DNA of 52,887 bases from a virus (IMGVR_UViG_3300037760_000130:1-52887), one strand, 5' to 3'; positions 35,823-45,225 are shown, counted from the first letter of the stretch. Numbers and translations: made by a program. Notes: generated from the letters alone by a model not told the origin.

Positions 35823-36372
35823 CTTCTGCGTTGGTGTCGAGCTTGCCGACGTTCTCGTTCCAGTCCTTCGGCCCCCCTTGGATCAGCCGGTACGTCCGCA
35901 CGGCAACGAAATCCGTGAGCTTGTACTCCATGCCGCCCAGCCCGTACCTCTTGAGATTGAGCGAGCGCATCACATGCTCTTCGATGCCCGCCACGGTGAG
36001 CTCGGCCAGCGGGGCGCGGGTGATCACGCTCGCGACCGCAGACATGGCCTCCGAGTGGATCGTGTCCTCGGCCTGGTGCAGCGAATCGTAGAGCTGCAGC
36101 AGGTCGTCGATCCGGAAGGCCAGCGCCCCGCTCACCGTGACGGCCTTCCCGTCCGAGGTCGACACGGTCTGAGTCGGCACGTTCGTGAACCGCCGGCGCG
36201 TCGACTGCCGGAACACGCGATCAACGAACGGGATGCGCAGATGCACGCCCGCCTCCAGCAGCGTTACCCGCTTACCGAGCCGGACGCGGATGCCCTGTTC
36301 CCAGGGCGCGACGACAACCCACCACCGGAACAGGTTGCCGAATTGCTGGAACAGCTCGCGCAGGCCGCTCAT
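35806..36372 (-). CDS. SPFH/band-7 domain protein
   Basis: VVAPWEQGIRVRLGK...GVHLRIPFVDRV...TQTVSTSDGKAVTVSG. Confidence 0.85.
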   Translation of the reverse strand: MSGLRELFQQFGNLFRWWVVVAPWEQGIRVRLGKRVTLLEAGVHLRIPFVDRVFRQSTRRRFTNVPTQTVSTSDGKAVTVSGALAFRIDDLLQLYDSLHQAEDTIHSEAMSAVASVITRAPLAELTVAGIEEHVMRSLNLKRYGLGGMEYKLTDFVAVRTYRLIQGGPKDWNENVGKLDTNAEDGAPL

Positions 36373-36692
36373 GCCCGGTCCCTCCCCTCGCGAACAGCCC
36401 GCACCCGCGCCGGCTCCGGCCCGCTGACCACGACCGCCACCGGCTTCGAACCCGGCAGAAGCCGCCCACGCAGCGCGCTCGACTCTTCGGACAGCACCTC
36501 GCGCATCAGGCCCAGCTCGGTGGCCTTCTGGCGGCACACGCCCGCGAGTCCGTCGAGGCCGCGAGCGGCAGTCTCGAGCGCGCTCAGTCGCGCGGCGGCG
36601 CGGTCGAGGTCGTCGATGATCTCGGCCATGTCGGCGTCCACGGCGTCGGCCAGCGTGCGGACGGCGATTGCGGTGCGGGGCTCACTCGGCAT
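36369..36692 (-). CDS. Hypothetical coiled-coil protein
   Basis: GGAGG RBS; MPSEPRTAIAVR... Confidence 0.5.
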   Translation of the reverse strand: MPSEPRTAIAVRTLADAVDADMAEIIDDLDRAAARLSALETAARGLDGLAGVCRQKATELGLMREVLSEESSALRGRLLPGSKPVAVVVSGPEPARVRAVREGRDRA

Positions 36693-36861
36693 GGTCGCCA
36701 TCCTCAAGCAAGTCCATGATCTCGTCGTAGTCCTCCTCGGGGAGCGTGTGCGGGCCATCCATGCTGACCAGCCACTCGGCGTAGGGGCGATCGCGCTCGA
36801 CGACCTCGGGCCAGGGGCGGCCGACGTGCTTCGCGTACGGGCAGCGGCGGGGCTCAGGCAT
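36682..36861 (-). CDS. Small protein resembling DUF3820 / ExoX C-terminal domain
   Basis: CPYAKHVGRPWPEVVERDRPYAEWL resembles FGKHKG..W.E...D..Y..WL. Confidence 0.5.
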   Translation of the reverse strand: MPEPRRCPYAKHVGRPWPEVVERDRPYAEWLVSMDGPHTLPEEDYDEIMDLLEDGDHAE

Positions 36862-37117
36862 CGGGGTCGGGCTCCTGGTCGTAGCCGACGAGCGAAAGCT
36901 GTTCGGCGAGCACGGACGGCTCTGGTGGCGGATCCTCTCCGGGCCGCAGCGGACTTTGGATCGTCCCACGCCGGAGCGTCCGAGCGCGCCTCAATCGCGC
37001 CGCGTGGGGATACCGCCGCTTCCGGCCCTGATGGGAGAAGCACGGGAGCCCTGGACTCGCGTCGCATTCCGCGCACCACGCCAGACGGGCCGTCGGGTAG
37101 TCAGCTTTTGTCGGCAT
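36854..37117 (-). CDS. Small zinc-finger protein
   Basis: CAECDASPGLPC...PHAAR. Confidence 0.55.
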   Translation of the reverse strand: MPTKADYPTARLAWCAECDASPGLPCFSHQGRKRRYPHAARLRRARTLRRGTIQSPLRPGEDPPPEPSVLAEQLSLVGYDQEPDPDA

Positions 37118-37772
37118 CGCCCACCTCCCCGAACCGCTTCCAGCACCATTCGAGGATGGCGAGCGCGCGATCATGTGGCTCCGGCTCCTTGTTCATCACC
37201 TCCAGCCACGCCACGAAGGCGTCGAGGTCGGCTTCTGTGGGGCGGGGCTCGCTCGGTGGGGAGCCGATCCAGACGGGCGCGGTGAACGAATCCGACTTGC
37301 GTTCCGAGACGAACCACAGGCCCTGAACGGGGCCGATGCACGATCCCCAGCCATCGGGCTCGCTCTCGACGGGCCAGGTGCGCTCGGCGCGGTGAATCTC
37401 GATGTTGCGGGCGCGATCGAGCACGAGGTGCGTCGGCCGATCCCCCGTCTCGTCTCGCCCGATTCTCTCACCGATGGCGTCGAAGATGTCGGGCGGCAGT
37501 TGGATCTTGAGCGGCGCCTGGCGTTCGACGGGCTCGGGGTGGGCTCGGGCGCGGTGGTTCCAGGCGGCGAGGGCCGTGTGGCCTCGATAGTCCTCATTCT
37601 CGCCGTCCACGGATGCGCTACACCCGCAGCACGACACCATCGGATAGAGTCGATCTGCCGGATTGTAGGGAGTCTCGGGGCGGCAGGTCGGCAGTAGCAG
37701 GTGCACACGCTCGCCCCCGCAGAACGGGCAGGGCCGGAACTCGCTCGCGCTGTACTCCGGGGTGTCAGGCAT
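37101..37772 (-). CDS. Lar-like (restriction alleviation) zinc-finger protein with C-terminal extension
   Basis: RPCPFCGG...CCGCSA...ALAAWNHRA. Confidence 0.65.
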   Translation of the reverse strand: MPDTPEYSASEFRPCPFCGGERVHLLLPTCRPETPYNPADRLYPMVSCCGCSASVDGENEDYRGHTALAAWNHRARAHPEPVERQAPLKIQLPPDIFDAIGERIGRDETGDRPTHLVLDRARNIEIHRAERTWPVESEPDGWGSCIGPVQGLWFVSERKSDSFTAPVWIGSPPSEPRPTEADLDAFVAWLEVMNKEPEPHDRALAILEWCWKRFGEVGDADKS

Positions 37773-37968
37773 TGGTCTTCACCTCATTGAGCATGTCGAT
37801 GAACCCGAGCAACGACACGGGTCCCTGCACCGTGTCTACGATGTCACCGGGGTAGCGTTCTACCGCGTAGGCTTGATCGAGGCGAGGAGAGATACGGAAC
37901 GAGGTTCCGTTGGATAGGTGAATCTCTACGGACTCGATGTAGGTCTGGCGCTTCCGTTTACGTGCCAT
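37765..37968 (-). CDS. Hypothetical protein
   Basis: GGAGG RBS; MARKRKRQTYIES... Confidence 0.55.
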   Translation of the reverse strand: MARKRKRQTYIESVEIHLSNGTSFRISPRLDQAYAVERYPGDIVDTVQGPVSLLGFIDMLNEVKTNA

Positions 37969-38404
37969 CCTCCACCTCCTCGAACTCATCCACGACCGTC
38001 CACTCGGTGACCATCTCGCCGGGCAGGGTGACGGGCTCGATGCAGCGGGCTTCGAAGCCGTCTTGGTTGCGGCGGCACAGCCCCCTGGAAGCGGCTATGG
38101 CGTCGGGGTACAGCCTTGCATTTTCTTTGTTCAGCGACCAGCCACATTCAGACCACCAACACCCTGGCCTACTCCGAATCGCCCATCCACTCCGGCCCGG
38201 CTTCTCCACCGTCCGCTTGACGGCTTTGCGGACGATGCAGTCGGGGGCGCCGCGCATCATTTGGGTGCTCGCGTGCTCATAGGCCAAGTACCGCGCGCTC
38301 CACTTCGTCGCCCGGTCCACGGTCACCCACGCGATGGCACCAAGGCTGTAGTACTCCTCCACCCTCGGCGCGCGTTGGACGACGTAATAGCTTTCAGTCG
38401 GCAT
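37958..38404 (-). CDS. Hypothetical protein
   Basis: GGAGG RBS; MPTESYYVVQR... Confidence 0.55.
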   Translation of the reverse strand: MPTESYYVVQRAPRVEEYYSLGAIAWVTVDRATKWSARYLAYEHASTQMMRGAPDCIVRKAVKRTVEKPGRSGWAIRSRPGCWWSECGWSLNKENARLYPDAIAASRGLCRRNQDGFEARCIEPVTLPGEMVTEWTVVDEFEEVEDGT

Positions 38405-38585
38405 GATCTGCCTCCGGTGGTCGCTTGGTGATCTGTCCATGTTTGTTGACGGTGAACCCCCTCTTCCGAGCGTCCTCCGCACAACCACCGCAGAGACGCG
38501 GGTAACCGCCCGCGTCGCCTTCCAGATACACGCCGCACCATTCGCAGCCACCACCTTCGAGGAGCCAATCAGCTATCTCACCCAT
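38394..38585 (-). CDS. Small Cys4 zinc-finger protein
   Basis: MGEIADWLLEG..CEWCG...YPRLCGGC. Confidence 0.65.
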   Translation of the reverse strand: MGEIADWLLEGGGCEWCGVYLEGDAGGYPRLCGGCAEDARKRGFTVNKHGQITKRPPEADHAD

Positions 38586-38796
38586 GGTCTGCCTCCGGTG
38601 GCTCGGGGAGCGGTTGCCAGTGGGTCGCGCGGCGACGGAGATTGTCAATCCCCACTCTGAGCATCGGGCCGAGGCTGTACTGACCCATGTGATAAGCCGG
38701 GTAGAACAGCAGCACTTTCTCGCCCTTCGGCGCCGTCTCGATTGGCCTCCATTCGCGGGCGTCCGGGTCGTCGTCGAGTAGGGTCGGGGGTTTCAT
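38578..38796 (-). CDS. DUF551-like protein
   Basis: WRPIETAPK...THWQPLPEPP. Confidence 0.8.
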   Translation of the reverse strand: MKPPTLLDDDPDAREWRPIETAPKGEKVLLFYPAYHMGQYSLGPMLRVGIDNLRRRATHWQPLPEPPEADHG

Positions 38797-38808
38797 GGCA
38801 GTTGCTCC

Positions 38809-39096
38809 TCAAGCTGGAGCCCAGCCCACACGAACGCGGTGACGGGCCAGAAGAGGCCACCGAAGAAGGTCGCTGCGCCACGACCCTCGCGACACAGATT
38901 CCAATCTTCCACGACCGCCGCCGTCACGACCTCCTTGTCCGGTCGCGGCCCACAAGTCCTTCACGCTCGCGATCCGCGCTCCGACCGCAGTACCGATCAT
39001 GACGTAGAGGGCCACGCACGAGAGCGTGACGATGGCGATCCGTCGTGCCTTGCGCCGAGCGTCGGCCCGAGCCTTTTCGTATGCTTCGTTCACCAT
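38809..39096 (-). CDS. Membrane-anchored hypothetical protein
   Basis: IAIVTLSCVALYVMIGTAVGA TM; C-terminal half looks atypical. Confidence 0.4.
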   Translation of the reverse strand: MVNEAYEKARADARRKARRIAIVTLSCVALYVMIGTAVGARIASVKDLWAATGQGGRDGGGRGRLESVSRGSWRSDLLRWPLLARHRVRVGWAPA

Positions 39097-39120
39097 TCTC
39101 GTCTCCCCCCTCGGGTTATG

Positions 39121-39279
39121 GAGTGGGCGCGTGGCCGGTCTCGATTACCGGCTCCGCCAGTGCCGCATCTCGGCGGGCGAGCGTCGGGCCGATTGCACGG
39201 TCCGTTCGTGTGCGGTTGACGGCTATCGCGCCGACACCCTCAGCTCCGCGTGTCCATCCACGCAGCACGCGCCACACTC
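39121..39279 (-). ncRNA. tRNA-like structured RNA A
   Basis: Ends pair (GAGTG[T]GGCGCGTG / CACGCGCCCACTC); 5' hairpin GCGTGGATGGACACGC; 3' T-arm-like GCCGGT-AATCGAG-ACCGGC. Confidence 0.5.
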
Positions 39280-39299
39280 TGTTTCGTATGTCCATCAGA

Positions 39300-39383
39300 G
39301 TAGGCGGGGGACTCGAACCCCCTCACGGTGGGCTTCCACGGCGTCCCGCTTCCGCGTCACCGGCTCAGTCACCCGACACCTAC
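39300..39383 (-). ncRNA. tRNA-like RNA B (or degenerate tRNA)
   Basis: Acceptor-like GTAGGT/GCCTAC and canonical T-arm GGGGG-TTCGAGT-CCCCC; D and anticodon arms not canonical. Confidence 0.5.
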
Positions 39384-39396
39384 ATTCGTCCATCAT

Positions 39397-39470
39397 GCCA
39401 GCTGCCGGGCTCGACCCCGGCGCCTCGTGTGCTCTCTCGTCGTGCTCACCACGAGGGCGCCTGCGCTGGC
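39397..39470 (-). ncRNA. tRNA-like structured RNA C
   Basis: Ends pair GCCAGC/GCTGGC; T-arm-like CCGGG-GTCGAG-CCCGG; inner stem CCTCGTG/CACGAGG. Confidence 0.4.
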
Positions 39471-39478
39471 GTGTCGCA

Positions 39479-40177
39479 TTAGTTGTCGAACCAGAAGACA
39501 GTCCTCACATCGTCGGGCGCACCGAGTTGCAACAGGTACGGCATCGTCTCCGACCAGAACGTCCCATTGTCAAGCGTCGAGCACATCTGGCCCCACTCGA
39601 CCTTGGTGTAGACCCTGTCCAGTTGCTGGGTGACTTCCGCGAGCGTGTCCCTGTAGCCATCGGACATGGCCTCGACCTCGGCAATCATGGCCTCCATCTC
39701 GTCACGCCCCACATGGGTTATGCCGGGGCCTGTGATCCCGCCACAGTACGACTCAGGCGGCTTGCCTTCGCGCTCGCGCCACCGAGCCCACGCAAAAAAC
39801 TCGGGACCGTTCACAATCCCGCGCCGTGTGGCTCGCTGGGTCCAATCGAAGGCCATCAGTTCGGCCACCGTGAGCCATGAGTGAGAGTGTCCGTCGGCAC
39901 CCCACTGCGCGGATTGCGCGCGGATGCGCGGGTCGCAGTCGGTGGGCAATCCGCGCGGTTCGGCGATCGGCTGGATCGCGTCACCCATGTCGCACCCGGC
40001 GAAGCCTACGCCGTTGCGGACGCCCGCCAACACGGAGAACAGACCGTAGCTCCTGCGGCCGTAGGTGTTCGGGGCCTCGGGCGTCTCCGGCTCGTAGTCG
40101 GATGGCGTCCATTCGCGCGGACTCTCCCACGTCCCACCACTTCGACGTTCCTCGAACATGTGTATGTCGCAGCCCAT
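39479..40177 (-). CDS. Conserved-type phage hypothetical protein (MGCDIH start)
   Basis: MGCDIH...RSYGLFSVLAGVRN...PRGLP.D...HSHSWLT..EL...VRTVFWFDN. Confidence 0.85.
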   Translation of the reverse strand: MGCDIHMFEERRSGGTWESPREWTPSDYEPETPEAPNTYGRRSYGLFSVLAGVRNGVGFAGCDMGDAIQPIAEPRGLPTDCDPRIRAQSAQWGADGHSHSWLTVAELMAFDWTQRATRRGIVNGPEFFAWARWREREGKPPESYCGGITGPGITHVGRDEMEAMIAEVEAMSDGYRDTLAEVTQQLDRVYTKVEWGQMCSTLDNGTFWSETMPYLLQLGAPDDVRTVFWFDN

Positions 40178-40263
40178 CCTCAGCTCCTCGTCTCGTGTGA
40201 ATGAATCCCGGAGGGAGGGCGGCGCCTCCGGGGCCCGTCACCGCGTCCGCCCACGCGGTCTCG

Positions 40264-40677
40264 TCATCGAGTCTCGCCGTCGTCCGGCGAGCCTATGCCC
40301 ATCGCCTTCGCCTGCTCGCCTTCCCACTGGAATTGCTCGACCAGCTTTGCGTCCCTGAACTGCCACATGTGGAGCACCCTCCGGTCGAGGTTCAGCCAGA
40401 ATTCGCGCGGTGGATGCGGCACCATCATCCAGACGTCGGCCGGGATCAGGGCGTCGCGCGCGAACCCGAGCTCGCCCCATGTCGGCACGCGCTCGCGGTG
40501 CGCGACCGACAGGTGCCAGCGCCCCATGTCCACCGAACGGATCGCGCTCAACTGCTTGGCGCGGTGGATGAACGTCTCGGCGTCTAGCGGGCCCTTGGGG
40601 TTGCCGATGCGCGCCCACCCATCGTCGGGCGGAACGCTCACTCCAGCGGGCAGGTGGATTCTTGGCACGCCCGTCAC
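40264..40677 (-). CDS. Phage hypothetical protein
   Basis: WHLSVAHRERVPTWGEL...HPPREFWLNL..VLHMW. Confidence 0.7.
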   Translation of the reverse strand: MTGVPRIHLPAGVSVPPDDGWARIGNPKGPLDAETFIHRAKQLSAIRSVDMGRWHLSVAHRERVPTWGELGFARDALIPADVWMMVPHPPREFWLNLDRRVLHMWQFRDAKLVEQFQWEGEQAKAMGIGSPDDGETR

Positions 40678-40738
40678 CGCTGCACCGGCAGCAGCACCAG
40701 GCAGCCGACGACCCAGAGCAGCAGGACGGCGGCGCGTT

Positions 40739-41224
40739 TCATGGGGCGGCCTCCACCGGCAGCGGCTCGCTCACCCGCCGCGCCCGCTCGCTGACCTCAT
40801 GCCGCGCACAGCCCGCACAGCACGGCCAGCCCTCCACATAGACCACCGCCGACTCGTCGCAGCCGCCGCAGCGCACGCGCGCCCTGCCCTCGCATTCGCC
40901 GCAGGGCCGGTGCTCCCACTCGCTCGCCTCGGAGTCATGGCGCGGGACCGTGCGACCGCCGATGCGCATGATGGGCGCGTGGTCTCCGCCCTGGCCGGCA
41001 CAGGCGCGGCACTCGATGGGGTCGAGGGCGTGCCAGAGCTGGGGGCCGAAGTGGGAGGGCACGACGCACGCGATGTCCGCGACCCGCCCGCCGGAGTGCT
41101 GGTACGCTCGGCTCGCCTGGTAATGCGCGTCCGTGGCGTGCTTGGCGAGGACGCGGATGTTCCACGTGGAAGCGTGCTCGCGGATTGTGGCGCGGTAGAG
41201 GTGCAGGGGGATGGAGTTAGGCAT
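40739..41224 (-). CDS. Zinc-finger protein (CxxCxGxG repeats)
   Basis: CRACAGQG, CGECEGRA, CGGC, CAGC. Confidence 0.65.
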   Translation of the reverse strand: MPNSIPLHLYRATIREHASTWNIRVLAKHATDAHYQASRAYQHSGGRVADIACVVPSHFGPQLWHALDPIECRACAGQGGDHAPIMRIGGRTVPRHDSEASEWEHRPCGECEGRARVRCGGCDESAVVYVEGWPCCAGCARHEVSERARRVSEPLPVEAAP

Positions 41225-41426
41225 CGGTCGCATCCGTGTCGAGGTCGTCGATCACTCGCTGGGCGGAAGCCCGGGCCCGCCGAAGCGCGCCGTCCGGGTC
41301 CGCGTCTATGGGCTCGTGCGGGTGCATGCGGTTCCAATGAGCACAGTCGGCGCGAATCTGGTCTATCTCCGCGATAGCCCGAATCGCCCGGTTAAGCATG
41401 TTCTTGCGCGCAGCCTCATTCGCCAT
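41217..41426 (-). CDS. Hypothetical protein
   Basis: GGAG RBS; overlapping neighbours. Confidence 0.55.
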   Translation of the reverse strand: MANEAARKNMLNRAIRAIAEIDQIRADCAHWNRMHPHEPIDADPDGALRRARASAQRVIDDLDTDATDA

Positions 41427-41799
41427 TGTCGTCTGTCTCCTCTACTCCGAGGAATCGCAGCGCGCCATCCAACCCATTACGGCGCATATCCATCACGCCC
41501 CTTGGACTCCAGAGACCCGACGCCAGCCAGAAATCCACGACGAGATACCCGCGCGACAGCTTCAGGCGGTGACCGTCGTTGTGCGCCTCGGCCTTGATCG
41601 CGCCCGCAGCCTCAATCCGGGTAATCCGCTCGGTGTGCTCTGCGGCGCGCTTCATGTTCCGTTCTCGCAGGCTCTCCGGGGTGTCGTGGCAGCGCCCCGT
41701 TGCCCGCCGAGCCACCTCGTCGTACAGCACGCCGTAGCCCCCGCACTCACATGTGCCCACGACCACCGGCACGTCGGATCTACTGGTCTCACTCGTCAT
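41416..41799 (-). CDS. Hypothetical protein
   Basis: Contiguous minus-strand gene. Confidence 0.5.
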   Translation of the reverse strand: MTSETSRSDVPVVVGTCECGGYGVLYDEVARRATGRCHDTPESLRERNMKRAAEHTERITRIEAAGAIKAEAHNDGHRLKLSRGYLVVDFWLASGLWSPRGVMDMRRNGLDGALRFLGVEETDDNGE

Positions 41800-42325
41800 C
41801 GGTCAGGTCCTCCGTGGGATTCCACTCCAAGTCTGGCAGCTCTCCCTCCACGACACGCCCCACTGCCCGCAGCTGCTCGACAGCCGGAATCACCACGTCT
41901 CGCATGACGCGGTGAGGTGATTCGGGGCGGGCTCCGGAATAGAGGCCGAGCGCGTTGAGTAGGTCGCGCATATCCTCTTGCATGACGGCGGACTGCTTGC
42001 CCTGCCGCTCGATCTCAGCCAGCGCGCACTCGTAGTGCAGGGGGCCGAGCTCGTAGCAGGTCGCGTCGTGCGTCGTGCCCTCGCGGCGTGCTCGGGCTTC
42101 GTCGTAGCGGGCGAGGAAGTGACAGCCTCGCAGCAATGCGTTGCCGATCTGAGCCCGCTCGTTCAGGCGCAAGTAGGGCTGGTAGCGAATCGCCGTCATG
42201 GCATCGCACGCCTCCCGCAGCGCCTCGGCCAGCTCGTCGGTCAGCGCGTGCAGCGAGGTCAGTTCGTCGCGCTGTGCGTCGACCATTGCCCGGTGGTAGA
42301 TCGACTCGTCGGTTAGGTCACGCAT
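41789..42325 (-). CDS. Hypothetical protein
   Basis: GGAGG RBS; THDATCYELGPLHYECA motif. Confidence 0.6.
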   Translation of the reverse strand: MRDLTDESIYHRAMVDAQRDELTSLHALTDELAEALREACDAMTAIRYQPYLRLNERAQIGNALLRGCHFLARYDEARARREGTTHDATCYELGPLHYECALAEIERQGKQSAVMQEDMRDLLNALGLYSGARPESPHRVMRDVVIPAVEQLRAVGRVVEGELPDLEWNPTEDLTDDE

Positions 42326-42668
42326 CGTCTGACTCCTCCACTCCCAGGAGGCAACGGAACTCGTCTAGCGTCCATCGCACGGCATCGTCCGGTATCTGCT
42401 CTGGCCGGTGGACCATGTATCGCAGCGCGCGACGAACAGCGTTCAGGTCGGGGTCGGGGGCGGGCTGCTTGCGTGCCCAGCCGATCGTGCAGTCGTCGTG
42501 CAAGGTGAGATCGCCAGCGTCGAGCATGGCGAGTGCCCACGAGCGCACCTCGTCGGCATCGAGGCCATGGCGCACGCGCCCGACGACAGCGAAGTCGTCC
42601 AGCCGGTATTTGCCCGGCCTCGCGAAGCCCCTGATGAAATCGCAGTAGACGTTGCTCAGCCCGGCCAT
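42318..42668 (-). CDS. Hypothetical protein
   Basis: GAGGGGG RBS; MAGLSNVYC... Confidence 0.55.
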   Translation of the reverse strand: MAGLSNVYCDFIRGFARPGKYRLDDFAVVGRVRHGLDADEVRSWALAMLDAGDLTLHDDCTIGWARKQPAPDPDLNAVRRALRYMVHRPEQIPDDAVRWTLDEFRCLLGVEESDDA

Positions 42669-42898
42669 AGGACCCCCTCGTCGCCCACGCGCCCGCACCA
42701 CCGCTGCCCGTCCGGGCCGTGCACGCAGATCACGTGCTCACCGGGCAGTAGCGTCACGCGCCGGGTCCGGAGTCCGTCGACGAGCTCGATCGTGTGGGGG
42801 AGACCGAGGATGCGTTTCCACCAAGGCGCGCGGATGCGCTGGCCGTCGTAGAGGCGGGAGACCTCGTAGCGGGATCGCTCGGGGATGATGTTGGTCAT
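42656..42898 (-). CDS. Hypothetical protein
   Basis: AGGAG RBS; ATGA overlap. Confidence 0.5.
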   Translation of the reverse strand: MTNIIPERSRYEVSRLYDGQRIRAPWWKRILGLPHTIELVDGLRTRRVTLLPGEHVICVHGPDGQRWCGRVGDEGVLWPG

Positions 42899-43873
42899 GG
42901 GGTGGCTCCTTGGGCGGACGCAACGAGGTCCATTTGCTCGGACTTGGGCGCATCCACGGTTGCGAGATTCTTCAGCGCCTGGCGGTAGTACGAATCCTTC
43001 AACTCGATACCCACGCCACGCCGGCCAGCGGCCACGGCACCGTAAACCTCCGATCCCACGCCCATGAACGGCGTGAGCACCACCTCTCCGGGATTAGACC
43101 ACAGCACCAGGCATCGCTCGATCACGTCGAGTTGCAGCGGGTGAACGGTGCTTCTCGTCTTCTTCGTCGCGGGCCCCGATGTAGGGCAGCACACGATTCA
43201 GCCGGACATCATCCCAGAACGCGCTCGCGTACTGTCTCCAGATCCAGTGCGAAAAGCGATTGCCGGTCTGCTTGCCCGTCCACCCCCGGTAGTGCAGGAG
43301 TTCCGCCGGCGGGACGCGCTCGCCCGCGTATTCTGTGAGGCCGTTCGGGTGTTCGATCGGCACGCGGTTCTCGCCCTTCTTCCGGAACACGAGCAAGTAA
43401 TCAGCGGCGGCGTTGGAGCAACGCGAAGAATCGTCCACGACGGTCTTATGCGCGAGATTCTTGGCGAGCGTCCGGTTCCGCACTCCGAGCGGTTCCTTCC
43501 AGATCGAGTATCGGGCGACGTATCGGAACCCTTCGTCCGCGTGCATCCGGATGATGTCGCCGGGGAAGTCGATCATGTAGTCCTTCCCGGTGTTCCCGCT
43601 CGGGATGTCCATGCAGTGGACCGCCGTCATCCGGCCCGGCATCGTGAGGCGTTGGATCTCGCGCACGATATAGCGGTAGTGCTCGAAGAACGTGTCGTAG
43701 TCGTCGTTGTTCGAGAGGTCACGCCCGCTCGACGAGTAGTGGTAGAGTCCGCCGAACGGGGGCGAGTACACCGACAGCCCCACGGACCCACCTGGTAGCG
43801 TCGGCATGACCTCCATGCAGTCACCCAGGTAAACGGCCCAGCGGTCATTGATATTCTGGTCTTTCACAGCCAC
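42895..43873 (-). pseudogene. DNA N4/N6 methyltransferase (beta class) split by a +1 frameshift
   Basis: SVYSPPF catalytic motif in 43094-43873; HPLQLDVIER...VLTPFMGVGSE SAM-binding motif in 42895-43146. Removing one base at 43147-43148 gives continuous DEEDEKH-VHPLQ. Confidence 0.8.
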
Positions 43874-45225
43874 GTCGGCACCTGCACGGGGTCGGGGAAA
43901 TGTTCGTCGGTCGATATCGACAGTGATTCGCGCATGTGAGCCACAAGCCGGTCGAACATGCGGTCGGCCTGGTGGGCCTTACGCTGGAGATTCTGGAGGA
44001 CGTTGCGTTGCCCTACGGTCGTCACGACATCGACGTGTACGGGGCTCTCTTGCCCGAATCGCCAGCACCGTCGCACGGCCTGGTAATACTGTTCGAAGCT
44101 GTGGGACGGGAAGAACGTGACGTGCGCGCAGTGCTGGAAGTTGAGCCCCCACGCTCCGATCGTCGGCTTTGTCACGAGTACTCGAGCCTCGCCGGCCTGG
44201 AAGGCCAGAAGCTTCTCCTCCTTCTCGTCATCGGAATCGGATCCGGCCACCTGGAGCGCGCCTGGGATCAGTCGCGCCAGCGTGTCGCCCTCAGCGTTGA
44301 GGTGGCACCAGACCATGGCGTGACGGTCGTGGTTCACGAGTTCTGCGACGCGCTCGCATCGCTCGGTGAGCGTGCGGCGTAGTTCTTCGCGCTGCTCTTG
44401 GAGCGTAACGGCGGGCATGTCGAACAATGCCCCCTCGGGCGGACGGTTCGCCTCGACGACGTGCTCACGTTCGGTGAGCGGGGGCAGCACGAACCGGGCG
44501 TCATCGTACCCGATATCCGAGGGGCGCCGAATCGCTCGCGCCCACGAGCACACCCACCGCCAGAACGGCTCTTCGGCGTGGCCCTTGAAGCGCCACTTGA
44601 GCGCCTTTCCGTAGTGCCGGCCCGTGCTGCTGTTATTCTGGTCGTTCTTGAAAAACCGATTCAGCACATCCATGTACCCGAGCTGGCCGAGTGCCTCCGA
44701 TGACGTGCCGAGTTCGTGGTAGTCGTTGGGCGCTGCCGTCGCGGTGCATAGCAGTCGGTAGGGAAGCTTCCGCATGAACGCGGTGATGTCCGCTTTCCGC
44801 GCGCCGTCGAAGTTCTTCAGTATGCTCGACTCGTCACAGACGACGCCCACGAAGTCGGCCGGATCGAAGTGGTGAAGCCGCTCGTAATTGGTGACGGTGA
44901 TTCCGGGGTGCGCGGTCCCGTCAGGAGAACGGCGGGCCTCGATGTCAAACTTCTCGGCCTCGCGGATCGTCTGGTGGGATACTGCCAGGGGGGTGAGTAC
45001 CAGAACGCGGCCATTCGTGTGCCGGACCACCTGGTCGGCCCAATCGAGCTGCATCGGCGTTTTTCCGAGCCCACAATCCGCGAATATCGCGGCGCGTCCC
45101 TCGCGCAACGCCCAGCGCACGAGTTCGGCCTGGAAGCCGAACAGGTGCCTCGGTAGGTCGGGTGGGTCGAATCCGCGCCCGCCCCGCGAATGGGCCTTCC
45201 GATCGAGGAACTTATGGTAGTCCAC
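43864..45225 (-). CDS. SNF2-like DEAD/H helicase
   Basis: ADCGLGKT, VCDESS, CTATAAPN, GLNFQ, QAVRRCWRFGQ. Confidence 0.9.
   Translation of the reverse strand: MDYHKFLDRKAHSRGGRGFDPPDLPRHLFGFQAELVRWALREGRAAIFADCGLGKTPMQLDWADQVVRHTNGRVLVLTPLAVSHQTIREAEKFDIEARRSPDGTAHPGITVTNYERLHHFDPADFVGVVCDESSILKNFDGARKADITAFMRKLPYRLLCTATAAPNDYHELGTSSEALGQLGYMDVLNRFFKNDQNNSSTGRHYGKALKWRFKGHAEEPFWRWVCSWARAIRRPSDIGYDDARFVLPPLTEREHVVEANRPPEGALFDMPAVTLQEQREELRRTLTERCERVAELVNHDRHAMVWCHLNAEGDTLARLIPGALQVAGSDSDDEKEEKLLAFQAGEARVLVTKPTIGAWGLNFQHCAHVTFFPSHSFEQYYQAVRRCWRFGQESPVHVDVVTTVGQRNVLQNLQRKAHQADRMFDRLVAHMRESLSISTDEHFPDPVQVPTWL

Noticed and set aside
39300-39383. Canonical tRNA gene
   Set aside because: T-arm is good, but no standard D or anticodon arm and no 3' CCA could be assigned; kept as tRNA-like only.
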